64,000 bases of DNA, from contig OZ024741.1 in the NCBI GenBank assembly GCA_964016885.1, positions 114,576,001-114,640,000 of the forward strand. The letters are read 5' to 3'. Numbering within the stretch: the stretch's first letter is position 1; the number at the start of each line of letters is the position of its first letter. Source of the DNA: Eledone cirrhosa. Lineage: Eukaryota. Made by a program: the position numbers and the translations under genes. Shown one piece after another: positions 1 through 12,132 of this stretch. Under the pieces are notes generated by a model that saw nothing but the letters and a program-made list of their open reading frames with translations, was not told the origin of the DNA and did not search any database.

Positions 1-896
1 GCACATATTGTGTCGTGATGATTCGGCTTGGGAATTACACTAAGGGTGTTTGTATATATGGAATACTCAACCAATTTATACGTTAATCCATGAGTTAGAC
101 GGAAGACCATCATCATCATTGCTTGGTGCTTCAATATTGATTGTGGATCCACTGTTATTGTCAAAATGCCTAATTCAGTTCTTATGTTGGAGTTAACCAT
201 GATAGAAGTGCTATTAGCACAACCCCATCACCTTACTTTGTGGATGCATCATGGCCGAATGGGTTAAGATTCACTAAAAAAACATATGGTCACAGGTTGG
301 ATCCTAAGCGTGGAATCTTGGGCAGGTGTCATTTATTATGGCATCGGTCTATCCGAGACTTAAGTGAAACTGTGTTGATGGAAATTGCCAGGAAGTCTGT
401 CTGATTGACTGTCTTGTAACTCAAAGAGCCAGCCTTGTAATGTTAAATCTGCGAATTATACCCAACTAGTTGCATGCTAATTTCACAAGTTGACTGTTCC
501 GTTGATTAAACAACTAGAATACTCTTCATAGGAACCAACAGAGGTCCTCTAACCTCCCATCACTGGGTAATAAAATATTTTTTGCGAGCATTCTAAGTAG
601 CTTTGTTGCTGGCTAACTTTTGTCAGTTTTAGTTGAACAGATCTAGATTGTGTGAAAGATTCCACTGGACTCATAAAACTACAGCTAGTCTTTCACTGCG
701 GCGGCATATATATGATTTGAACACAAGTTATCATTTTCAAGATATAGGAATTTATTGAAAGAGGTTTATTTGATATCAGCATGACATCTAATGGTATGGT
801 AATAGTTTCTATTGCTCTTATTGCCCTATCATGAATCTTTATATTATAAAGTACGATACATCTTTATGGCATTGTATTTGACCATCCATAATAATG

Positions 897-1502
897 GCTT
901 TTACTTTTGGCATAAGGTCAAGAATTTGAAAGGGGTGGGGACGAAGAAATGCGATTAAATCGATTCTAGTAATTGACCAGTACCTTATTAAATAGACTTC
1001 GAAAGGATGAAAGGCAAAGTTGACTTCGGCAAGATTTTAACATAAAGGGCCAGAGCAAATATCGCAAATCATTTGTGCTACTCTTCAACGGTTCTGTAAA
1101 TTCAGTGCCATTAAACCATCTATAATAACAATTTCTAATTTAGGCACAAAGCTAGTAATTTGAGGGAGGGGAACGTTGATTAAATCGACTCCAGTACTTG
1201 ACTGACACTTTATTTTACCGAACCCTGAAAGGATGAAAGGCAAAGCTGAACATGGCGGGATTTGAACTCAGAACATAAAGGGTCGTGATTAAATGCTGCA
1301 AAGCATTTTGTCCGACGCTCGAACAATTCTGCAAATCCACCACCCTAAACCCATTCATGATAATGATTTCTAATTTAAAGCACAAAGTCAGCAAGTTGTG
1401 GAGAGAGAAAGTCGATTATATCGATCCGAGTAATTGACTGGTACTTTATTTTATCGACATTAGAATGATGAAAGACAAACTTGACCCCCGCAGGATTTGA
1501 AA
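897..1502 (-). mobile_element. Three head-to-tail copies of a tRNA-type SINE (third copy 5'-truncated)
   Basis: Three diverged copies (~897-1112, ~1130-1347, ~1366-1502) share the core TTTTATCGAC..GAAAGGATGAAAGGCAAAG..GGATTTGAACTCAGAAC, whose reverse complement contains a B-box-like GTTCAAATCC. They are separated by ACCATCCATAATAATG-like motifs. Confidence 0.75.
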
Positions 1503-2589
1503 AACCATCCATAATAATGATAGCTAACCAACAGCCAACCGTGGTGTAAACTATATTGTGTAACAACGAACCCGGGATACTAAAAAGTCAACAATAAGAA
1601 TCTTTTCACAAATTACAATGATCTACGACTTCTGCACTGATCTCCAGTTTCTGTTGTTATGTTAGATTTATCCATCTTTTTGGTAATATAATACTAACCT
1701 TCCATATGTAAATCCTCTAATACTTTTATTTAGTTATCTATTTTCTGAACCGAGTTAAGTTTTCTTTACAGAGAATAAATCAACTTCAATTGATTTGAAT
1801 GCCAAACACACAAGCTGGTAGTAGAATACTTTAGTCAACTCAATCGTTTTATCACTACGACAACATACACACACATTATATATATCAATAGCTGTTAGAA
1901 TAAGTATCAATATTTTATTTGTTTTCTTCCTTTAATATAATATTGAGTTGCTATAGGCAAAATTATTGAAAAACCTTTAGCCTTTACCAAATATACACCC
2001 AATCGAATAAACATAGAAACTTTGCAAATGCGAGGTCAATATCACAAACTACAAATAAAGAAATAGCTATATCGGAGTATTACGTTGTCAGTCTTCTTGC
2101 GAGATCGAAATAAGGTTATGAATTCCCCGGAAAGTTATCAAGAGCAATGGAACATATAGTAAACTATTGCGTTAGATTATTTACAATAACTATTTTAATA
2201 CCTGAAGTTAATGAATTCAAATTTTTATCGATGCTAATTCTAGGTCATAAAATGGGTATCAGCATTACATTGCAATCAGTTAAACCATGTATAGCCATAG
2301 TTCCTCTTTTAAAAAAATGTGTGTAGAGGGATTAGGGGAAAATTGGAAATATAAAAACACTTTGTGTCGAACTGCAGAATCAGTGACAGTTTGAAATGTC
2401 AAATAAGCAGTTCATATAATTGATTTTGAGTTTATCATACGAGTCCTCATTTTACGTCCATTCTGCTATGCTTGCATGGGTTGGACGAAAGCCTGAACAT
2501 ATTCCGGTTTACAGTACTTCTTCCACTGAAACAGAGCGCTAGTCTATCGCAAGGCTAATTTCCAGCTGCTGCGAATACTGATTTGTTTG

Positions 2590-2705
2590 AGCTGAGTGAC
2601 CTGGAGGAACGTGAAATGGAATGTCATGCTCAATGACACAACGCGCCATCTCGACCTATGACCGCGAGCCCAACATCTTAATCACTAGGCCACGCGCCTT
2701 CACGA
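2590..2705 (-). mobile_element. SINE fragment (second family, CORE-like TTGAGCA..ACATT segment)
   Basis: GAGCTGAGTGACCTGGAG.AACGTGAAAT..TGCTCAA..ACACAACGCGCC..TAATCACTAGGCCACGCGCC. The same family recurs at 7575, 10100, 12985 and 23855. Confidence 0.6.
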
Positions 2706-2859
2706 ATCCATGGAGATTTACAGGTGAAAATGACTATACTTGGTTCAAGTGAAAGACGTCTATATAATTGTCTAGTCTGGATATATACATTTTTTCGTGT
2801 TTGGTTAAATATATTAAAAAATATTAAATTTAAAATGATAAAACATATTGCATCATCAC

Positions 2860-2861
<2 letters not shown>

Positions 2862-2894
<33 letters not shown>
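2862..2894 (+). repeat. Poly(A) tract (~33 nt)
   Basis: Uninterrupted A run. Confidence 0.95.
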
Positions 2895-2897
<3 letters not shown>

Positions 2898-3142
2898 AGA
2901 AGCATTTGGTATGCTTGATAGAGAAAATTTTGAAATTATTTAATCTTGTAGTAAATAGTTAAAAAATACTTTGGTTTCACTTAGATAAAAAGAAAATGTA
3001 AAAAAAGAAAATGTTCAGTTGTTTAGATTCTATAATATTCCATAGGCGCAAAGAAATGTGAGCGTTCCGATGTTTGATTAAAGTTAAATTTTCTTGGTGT
3101 GTAGAAAAATCACCTTTTAAATGTAATTCCGCGTTGTGTTAT

Positions 3143-3330
3143 GGTTTCTAATTTTGGCACAAAGTCAGCACTTTGGGGAATGGAACGTCGATTATATGGC
3201 CCCCAATGCTTGACTGGTACTTTATTTTATCGACTTATCGGCGTTATTTGAACTCAGAATGTAAAAAGTAAGAACAAATCCCGCAAAGCATTTTATCGAA
3301 CGCTCTACCAATTTTTCCGACCTACTAACC
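3143..3330 (-). mobile_element. SINE (same family as 897-1502), internally deleted
   Basis: TTTGGCACAAAGTCAGCA..TGACTGGTACTTTATTTTATCGAC..TTTGAACTCAGAA..GCAAAGCATTTT. Confidence 0.7.
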
Positions 3331-3363
3331 TTGTTATCATTAATAGTGATTCAGCAGCTTGTG

Positions 3364-3807
3364 CTATTGTATTGGTGTTGAGCATTGGTAAATTCGAGAG
3401 TCATTGCTGACTAACTTTGCTAAAGGAGATTCATTGTATCTATTTGTTAACCTTACAACGTCGGGTGACATTATCACGACTGTTCGAGTATCTGTCCCCG
3501 GAACAGATTTCATTGTTGAAATTGCCGTATCATAATTTGGACTCGGTTGATGCCATCGAACAAAAGAGCAGTTTTCGAAATCGGTTTTCGGAAAATCGGC
3601 GATCATAGTTAATTCTTTGGAGAAATTGGATATATTCAAAATATCTGGTACGTTGACTGGGTTTCTCACATTTCTAGAATGAATAAAGGATTTGAAACGA
3701 TTTAATTTTGGCGAATTAGTTTTTACATGTTTCTCTTGAGTCTTAAACTTGAACTTCGCAGAAATTTCATATTTAAATTTGTAAAAACACGAATGCTCAC
3801 ACCCCAT
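3364..3807 (-). CDS. Candidate orphan ORF, 147 aa, N-terminal MGC
   Basis: 444-nt ORF in non-repetitive AT-rich DNA with ATG in an AAAATGG context. No recognisable domain and no independent support. Confidence 0.3.
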   Translation of the reverse strand: MGCEHSCFYKFKYEISAKFKFKTQEKHVKTNSPKLNRFKSFIHSRNVRNPVNVPDILNISNFSKELTMIADFPKTDFENCSFVRWHQPSPNYDTAISTMKSVPGTDTRTVVIMSPDVVRLTNRYNESPLAKLVSNDSRIYQCSTPIQ

Positions 3808-4196
3808 TTTGAATTCAGTTTGCAGCGATACAGCTAGTGATTCTTATCACATGATATATATAGACGAGCTGGTTGGACGATTAATCATACCTAATATTTC
3901 TGGTATATTATGTATTCAGGTCTATCAAGGGACTGAATAAAATTCTTCTTGAGGTTTATGAATTTTTCGATCAATATAAAATACACTAAAGCAAAATTCA
4001 ACGCTTTTTGTTTATAAAATATAGCAAAATATTTAGAAGTAATTTATATCACAGATGCGGTGTGTATTTGATAGATTAAGCCTTTCGTTAGCACATTTCG
4101 AATGAAAAACACTGCCTATGATATTTTCAATTACCTTTCAAAATAATCAATTGCCCCCCCCCCCCCCAAATGTATGGGTAATCTTGCAAAAGAGTT

Positions 4197-4405
4197 TAGG
4201 GTGATGTATTGGTAGAGCTTTCGATAATATGCCACTGTGACATTTGTTCTGGTTCTTTACATTCTGAGTTAAAATTCCATGGAAGTCAACTTTGCATTTC
4301 GTCCTTTAGGGGTCGATAAAATAAAGTACCAGTAAAGTACTCGGGTTCATTTAATTAACTTTGCTCTTTCCCCCAAATGTGCCAGCCTTATGCCTAAACT
4401 AGACA
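4197..4405 (+). mobile_element. SINE (same family as 897-1502)
   Basis: TTCTGAGTTAAAATTCC..TTTGCATTTCGTCCTTTAGGGGTCGATAAAATAAAGTACCAGT..TGCCAGCCTTATGCCTAAA. Confidence 0.7.
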
Positions 4406-5632
4406 TCATTATCTATTTCGGAATTTGAACTTAAAATATTGGTAAATATCGATATTAAATTTACAGGGTGATCCATGGAGTTATTTATGGGTCATCTTGC
4501 AAAAGAGATTGTATTTTGTCAACAGAGACAAATATCTGAGACTTCAATGACGTTTGGACTTCCTGCACCATATCTTTTGGTTACATTGAACTCCCAATAT
4601 TTTGTAACAGAAGATTATAGTTATACATTTTAAAGCCTAAATCTCAAGGAATATGTGCCAAAGGTTACTAGAACGGTAAATGTATTTATTATTTCTAACC
4701 TAACAATAGATCTTTTTGTCGGTGTCGACGATGAACAATCAGTTGTTTGATCAACCTAATGTCCAACGTGTAAGTCATTGAGTATCACAGACACATGTAC
4801 ACTTAACGTAATTTTCAAGTTAATCAGCGTGACACAAGGCTGGACCTTCGAATTACTGGTACAGTCCATCTGATGGGCTTCCACATGATATCTAGCCAAC
4901 CCGCGGATTTGGTATTGACACTTGCCTGAGACGTCACGCAATGGGATCGCACGCTAGACCTCATAATTCTGAATCGAACTTCTTAATCACTCAGCCATAC
5001 CTAATTATTTAATGAAAAATTTCCCCCAACTGTAATAGAATTCATTATTCCCCGATCGACCAGTAGAAATAGTGGCCCCATCTTCCTTAAATCTTGAAAA
5101 TGGATGGTCCTATTCGATAGTGTAGCCATAGATATATAAAAGCCAATAAAAGATTTCTTCTAGAGATAGTGAGAGAAATAGAGAGAGAAAGACATCTAGA
5201 GGAAGAATCGACCTAGTAGCTGACTGGTAAAATCGAACCTAGTATTGTGTGATTGCATGGAAGGCTAACTTCTTTATCACGCGACTTTACCACACTCTCT
5301 CCAGTTGTTTCTGTATGAGATCGTTCCAAATCTTCTGCACGTTCGTTAGACTATTTTGTGATTAGACGCAACATGCTCGAATTGTTGCGTAGGTCACTCC
5401 GCAACAATAAGATCACAAATTCATTCTCACTGTGTGGAATTTTAGCCAAGTGTCATCTATCATACCCTCTGGTCAACCCAAACCTTTTGAGTTAACTTAG
5501 GTAGATGTAAACTGTTTGGAAGCCTGTCGGATAGATTATACCTGTACTTCACGCTGTGGCACGTTGGATTTCCTTGAAAATTACGTTAAGGGCATACGTA
5601 TCTATGGAACACTTAAGCATTTACATTATAAT

Positions 5633-5850
5633 GGTTTATGATTTAGGCACAAGATCAACAGTTTGGAGGGAGGGGAAAGTCAATTAAATCGACCCCAGTG
5701 CATTACTGGTACTTTATTTTATCGACCCTGTAAGGATGAATAGCAAAGTTAACATCGGAAGGATTTGGACGCAGATAGTAAAGGGGCGTAACCCTATATC
5801 ACGAAGCATGTTGTCTGACGCTCTAACGACGCTGCTAATCCACCGCCCTT
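5633..5850 (-). mobile_element. Full-length SINE with 16-bp target-site duplication
   Basis: Family core is present. Flanked by GCATTTACATTATAAT (5617-5632) and GCATTTACAGTATAAT (5851-5866). Confidence 0.8.
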
Positions 5851-6170
5851 GCATTTACAGTATAATACAAGATGAATTGTACCTATAATTCAAAAGCCAG
5901 TTTTGTTACTGTATCGCGCGGAATCTCTCTGAGAATTTCATTAAGAGTACACGTGTTTGTGGATCATTCAGCCACTTGCACATTATATTCATGAGTAGGC
6001 TGCTCCAATGATCAAACAACTGGAAAACTAATCGTCGAAACCGACGTAGATCCATTCCATTCCATTTTGTTATTGGCCAGCAAAGTTAGAAACACCAACA
6101 GCCAATTTACCTAATGAAGTATTGGCGTCAATGACTTCACACATATATGATATAGACTTGCATTTCTTGA

Positions 6171-6330
6171 GGCGGCGAATTGGCAGAGCCGTCCGAACGT
6201 CCGATGGAAAACTTTGCAGTATTCGTTCCGGCTCTACACTCTCTGAGTTTATGTTTCGCCGATATCAACTTTAACTCTCATCCTTTCGAGGCCAATAAAA
6301 AACAGTACCAGTCCAGGACTGAGGTCGATT
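6171..6330 (+). mobile_element. SINE (same family as 897-1502)
   Basis: GGCGGCGAATTGGCAGA head, CTGAGTTTATGTTTCGCCGA, TCATCCTTTCGAGGCCAATAAAA..GTACCAGT. Confidence 0.65.
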
Positions 6331-7018
6331 CTTCCTCTATATCTCCTTTTCACTCCTCTCTCTCCTTCTTTTGAAGAAATCAGTTGTGTTATGACCCGGA
6401 GAAGGGATGGGCTTCGTCAGGTTTAAAGTGCCCAATGTCACGACGGCGCCCCTACATCTCCATCAGGAGTTACTAGTACATACATAAATCATGTGTAACA
6501 ATCATCTGAAAAAAAAAATGATTTATAAATTAAAACCTGATTCGATCCAACAAGTTATTGTCCCCAAACTTCTAATATTTAATTACTTCACCGAACGGAA
6601 AAAAATGTATAAATATTTGTTGTAAATGATTGGACTCTTCTGCGAATAAAAATATTTGCTTGTATTTTGAAGAAGAACAAGAGAAAAAATGTTTTTGAAT
6701 AAATGATAGTGAAAAGTCTCAGGTAGGAAATGAGATTTTTGCAAATTTCATACGTTAATTGATTTATCACGGGAATAACATTTATAGAATAATTTTTGAA
6801 TAAGTTGCTTAGAAGTTAAAGACACTATCAAAAATTGTAAGTGAAGTTTACAGTAAACATTACATGTTCTTTCATGACGAAATGGCATTGATCTGAAAAC
6901 CAAAACAAACTTAAGTTAAGCCGTGTTTAGATTCTCCAAGTGATGGGAAATGTACTTAGTAACTGTTTCCCAGTCATAAATTCATATTCCTTATCTCCTA
7001 CATTATTTTCGTTTACAG

Positions 7019-7537
7019 AAGGCATTAATTGTCACTATGTTAGACAAAATGAAACTGTCACGTTTTCGCCAATATACAAAAGACGTATCCAGAATCAGTC
7101 TGCGTCCTTTGTTCCCGCTTCGACATCGTCACACTTTTCACACCACTTACAGATTCAACGAAGATTTGAACACACAAAGTTAAACGAAGAAATAGAAAAA
7201 ACAAGTTCATCGCATGAGGTGTATTTGAAACTAAAATCTGAGAATATGTTAAATGAAGTTAGAAACCCCCTAGAAGCGAATGAATCGTACAGAATATTTC
7301 GCTATAAAACCGCAAAGGAAGGATCTCTCTGGAATCATACGCTGAGAAGATTACTTTGTTGTTTCTCACAGAGAGAAAGACGTCGTCAAATGCTGGAGGC
7401 AGCCTTTTTTAGACATCACTGTTGCGAAAAAGTAAGGTTTAAACCGAATAAGTTCCCACAAATAAGCCAGCGATGTGAAGCCCTCGATCCAATAACAGAA
7501 GAAACTACAGAGGAAATATTATTATTAGAAGAACAAG
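7019..7537 (+). CDS. Candidate coding exon of an unidentified host gene (519 nt, phase 1-1)
   Basis: A pyrimidine-rich acceptor ..CATTATTTTCGTTTACAG| ends at 7018 and a donor CAAG|GTATTT lies at 7537/7538. They bracket an open frame of 173 codons that closes 20 nt after the donor. The sequence is non-repetitive. Confidence 0.6.
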
Positions 7538-7574
7538 GTATTTACATACACTTTTGAGTCAATAGACATTAGTT

Positions 7575-7880
7575 GAGAAGGCGAATGGCTTGGTGTTCGG
7601 CACAAAATTGTAAAGTCGTGAGGTCTATTCCCGCACCTGGTAGTGCGTTGTATCTTTGAGCAAGGCACTTTATTTCACATTGCTTCAAGTTAATTCAGCT
7701 GACACTAATGCCAAGCAGTATGTCTTCGCCTTTCATTTTAACAACATTAGTGGCGTAGAATGAGGAAAGAAAGTGTCCTGGATGGGAGACTACTGGGACT
7801 CCATAAAACACCTTGCCCAAGCTTGATCCTTGAAGTAGAACATTCTAGTGGCAAACCAACAGTCAATCATGGTCGCATGA
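7575..7880 (+). mobile_element. SINE (second family)
   Basis: tRNA-like head (GGCGAATGGCTTGGTG..GTGAGGTCTATTCCCG) followed by GCGTTGTATCTTTGAGCAAGGCACTTTATTTCAC. Confidence 0.6.
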
Positions 7881-8067
7881 AACAAGATCATAGTTGGGCT
7901 AACAAATTTTGGGGGCAGAATTCTTATGAAAAACACATTTTTGCTTTTGAATTTTACGGTTATTTGAAATTTCGTCTCTATAGAAATGCTGTCTAAAATG
8001 GTATCTAGTTATAAAAAAAACTATTTTCAATTAAATTGTAATTCAATTAACTACTTTCCAAACTGAT

Positions 8068-8069
<2 letters not shown>

Positions 8070-8106
<37 letters not shown>

Positions 8107-8690
8107 TATTCTATATAATATTTATTCTATATAATATTTATTATATATAATAATTATTATATATATATATATATAATATTTATTCTATATAATATTTATT
8201 ATATATATATATATATAATATTTATTATATATAATAATTATTATATATATATATAATATTTATTCTATATAATATTTATTATATATAATAATTATTATAT
8301 ATAATAATTATTATATATATATATATATAGATAATATTTATTCTATATAATATTTATTATATATAATAATTATAATATATATATATATAATATTTATTCT
8401 ATATAATATTTATTCTATATAATATTTATTATATATAATAATTATTATATATATATATATATAATATTTATTATATATAATAAATATTATATAGAATAAA
8501 TATTATATATAATAATTATTATATATATATATATATAATATTTATTATATATAATAAATATTATATAGAATAAATATTATATATAATAATTATTATATAT
8601 ATATATAATAATTATTATATATATATATATATATATATAATATTTATTATATATATATAATTTTTATATATATATATATATAAATATATT
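8070..8690. repeat. Complex AT-only micro/minisatellite with internal palindromes
   Basis: (TA)n is interleaved with ATAATATTTATTCTAT and ATAATAATTATT units, and units occur in both orientations. Confidence 0.95.
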
Positions 8691-9699
8691 CCGAACTGTT
8701 TAAGCAAGTAAATATATAATTGCAGGAATGTATGACGCTTTTGCTTAAGGAGTTTGAAGTGTGTGTATATATATATAATGTATGTATATATATAATGTAT
8801 GTGTTGAATAACAGCAAATGAACGTTAACATTAGGAAGTGTTGTATGTTTAATGCATTTCAACCTCATCAATAATACAATCTTCAGGAGGTATGTAGAAA
8901 TGTTTGCAACAAAGGTCGATGGTACTACCCAAGGGGTTGGTATGTTTTGGCCAAATGTTTACATGTTTAAGAAATGAAAATGCAATACAATAACATTTTT
9001 CTTATACAGGTTTTTGTTTCATATTGTCTATTGTATATTGTTTACTGATTTTTTTATTTTTTAACGTTTCTGGCGGTCGTTGAGGGATCAAAAGTCTGAG
9101 GATCCCCGATTTATTCTAATTTAAAAAAAAAATAAATTGAAAAGGCTATTTGTGCTTTCGCTTTATATTATGATCGTAAGCATACTTTCTAGGCAACGCA
9201 TACAATAGGAATTGTCTAGCCTGCAAAAAGGAATTCTGTCTCTCTCTTTCTTGAATGGAATGGACCTTCGTCAGTTTCGACGATGAATGTTACAGTTGTC
9301 CGATCAACGGAATGGCCTGCTCATGTAATTAGTATGCGTGTGTTTATCCATTCCATAAACTCAGGGAGATTCAGTGTGAAAAGATGAGTGATAAGGTTAA
9401 CACTGTAATTTCACGTACGGACTTCCAAACAATTTCCATTTAATTTCACTCTCAAAGCTTGGGTCAACACGAAGCTATGGCAAATGACAATGCTTGAGAT
9501 GGCAAGCACCGGGATCAAACCCAGGGCGAAACTAACTTACCAATTCGGTCATCAAACATATACACTCATTCACATGAAAACTCACACACACAAAACTACA
9601 CACACAAATTCCACACGTACGTACACTCGCATACATGAATAAACAAATGAATTCTGACGCACGTGCACAGACAGACAGAAGCAATAACGCACACCTACC

Positions 9700-9954
9700 A
9701 ATTTCACCCAATTGGCACAACCACATCCATGACGCACCTGGACCCTCCACCTCGAATCCTGGACCAGCCACTTACCACTCCGACCTGCTTAACACCTTTT
9801 CCAAACTCTAATGTGACTACCTTCTCTCTCTAGACTCTTCATTTCCTGACGAAGTACTTCTATCCGAAGCGTCGAACCCTCTTCAACTTCATCCTAAGCG
9901 TGATCCTAATAAGACTTTGTGATTCTGCATCTCCATGTTTGTGTTATTTCTTGA

Positions 9955-9994
<40 letters not shown>
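9700..9994 (+). mobile_element. Probable Penelope-like 3'/pLTR remnant ending in (TA)n
   Basis: A C-rich tract is followed by a degenerate hammerhead core (CTGACGA 9846-9852..GAAGCGTC 9866-9873), then GAACTATA and (TA)n. Confidence 0.4.
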
Positions 9995-10004
<10 letters not shown>

Positions 10005-10099
10005 ATCGACAGTCGATCGACTTTTGTCCAATCGGACCGAGGAAACAATGTTTTCGTTGGTCTTTACAATTGCTAATACTATCTATCGGTCGCAACTTC

Positions 10100-10200
10100 A
10101 GGTAGGAGCAATGTGAAATAAAGTGTCTCGCCCGGTCCGGGAATCGAACTCACAACCTCACGATTGCGTATCCAATTCTCTAACCACTCAGCCACGCGTG
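10100..10200 (-). mobile_element. SINE 5' fragment (second family)
   Basis: GGAGCAATGTGAAATAAAGTG..CCGGGAATCGAACTCACAACCTCACGATTGCG..CTAACCACTCAGCCACGCG gives tRNA A/B boxes on the minus strand. Confidence 0.7.
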
Positions 10201-12132
10201 TCCCAAATATGTATACACACTTAAACAGCATTCTAATAAATATGTATATACATATTTTTGGGATCCTCGTCTTTCTCTGTATACTACAATCCGTGTACAT
10301 ACCAATGAAGTGTGCTTCAGTAGTACAGGCAGTTTAAAAGGATGGTGGACTGTCTGAATTTCAAACTCTTTTTTTGAATTTGTTACAAGTGTACATCTTT
10401 GAAATATCGTTTCGATTAGTCACATAATAGAACTTACGAAATGTTTGTTACATGCCGTCGCAAAATATAATTTTTAGAGCCTGCTCATATTTATTATTTT
10501 TTTCATTATAACACATAAAATACATATTTTTTATTCAGCCTATCCAGAATGATGTAGCCGAAAATACTACTCTATAATAATGCATTAAGTATAACACTAT
10601 GATAAACCACAATCTCTGTATAGGTATGTGTGTTATGTTTGATTTGTTTACTTAAGATGTAATGCCGAGTGTTCAATATTTGTGTATATATTTCATTGGT
10701 GTAACAATATATTAAATCGAACTGTCTGCAGTTGTTAAACGGAGGTGGAGGATAGACCTACGTCGGTTTCGACAATAAATGCTCTACTTGATCGATCAAT
10801 GCAACCGTCTGCTCATGAATTAACGTATAAGTGGCTGAATATCCCATAGATATCTGTATTCTTATATTCTTAACGTAATACCCCCCCCCAAAAAAAAAAT
10901 AATAATATCGTCTTTATTCATATGTGGCAAATTGGAAGAATAGTTAGGATGTCGAATTTAATGCCTCGATATTTATTCCAGTTCACTGCTATTTGAACTC
11001 AAATCCCACCGAGGGCAACTTGTATTTCTTTCTCAGGGACAGTGGGTTGGCTGAATTGTTACTATTTTGCGATAACTGATTCAGCTCTGTGCGTTCTGGG
11101 TTCAAATTCCGCCTCCTTCTGCCAGGAGTTGCGACCAACCGGCAATGGAAAAGAGAAATGGAAACAGTTTCCTTGGTCAGATCTGACAACCAGCTGTTGT
11201 GTTTTTTTTGCTTCACAAGTACAAACGTTAGTAAAAAGATGTTTAGTCAGAGGTAGGGGCAACAGAGCGAATCAGCCCGAAAATACTGAGTGTAGTGTAA
11301 CGAAACCATCACTTCCACATATTCTCTTCTTACCCATCGGCACAGAACAATTGATTAATAAATAAAAAGAATTTTCAGAGACTATTATTAAAAATCAACA
11401 ACAAAAATACTTAACTACATCATGAATGGACGAAAAAGCCAAAAGGTTATATTAAGTTTTTCATTCAATTGGAACTAATATATCAATATCACGTTAAAGT
11501 AAATTAGAAGTTGGTATCAAATATTAAAAGTTAAAATTTATATAACGAAACTCATGCCCAAAACACAATGTTATAATTAACCTATCTGCAAGACTTTTAT
11601 AATTGTCAAATTCGTTGGAAACTTTTAATTGAATTGTAAACTCAATGAATGCTACCTTGGGAATTGTTTGCTTTAAAAAATGTTAACAAAACTCAAGTAA
11701 CATTTAGAAAGAATATAGTCGGCAGATGCTTAGAAAGCATTAAGTACTATACTTCAGAGATAGAAAGAGTAAAGATACAGTATGTATATATATATATATA
11801 TATATATATAATATGGTGGTAATTCTGTTATCATCTTAGTTTGATTTTGTTTTGTTGTTGTTTTGTTGTTGTTTTTTTTTGTTTTTTTTTTGTTCAGTTT
11901 TGATGCCAGTCACACATATAAAAGTCTATTCTACTTCTGAACTCTGTAATATGTAGGTTTCATTAATACCTCAGTATCATGCAACGAAATAAAAGACGAA
12001 AAGAAACTTTAGTGCGTTGTTCAACGATAAATATTGTTTTCTTTTTTCTTCTCAACATTTTAAATCCCTAAAGAGTTCCTCCCTTTATATTATCGCTAAT
12101 ATTTAAAGTTTCAGAATAAAGTTGTGTGTGTG

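Noticed and set aside
2678-2918. Poly-Lys / poly-Phe ORFs; possible retrocopy tail
   Set aside because: These are translations of the poly(A) tract. No TSD or recognisable retrocopy body was found.
10130-10200. tRNA gene
   Set aside because: A/B boxes are present but there is no complete cloverleaf. The sequence continues into SINE body, so it is a SINE head.
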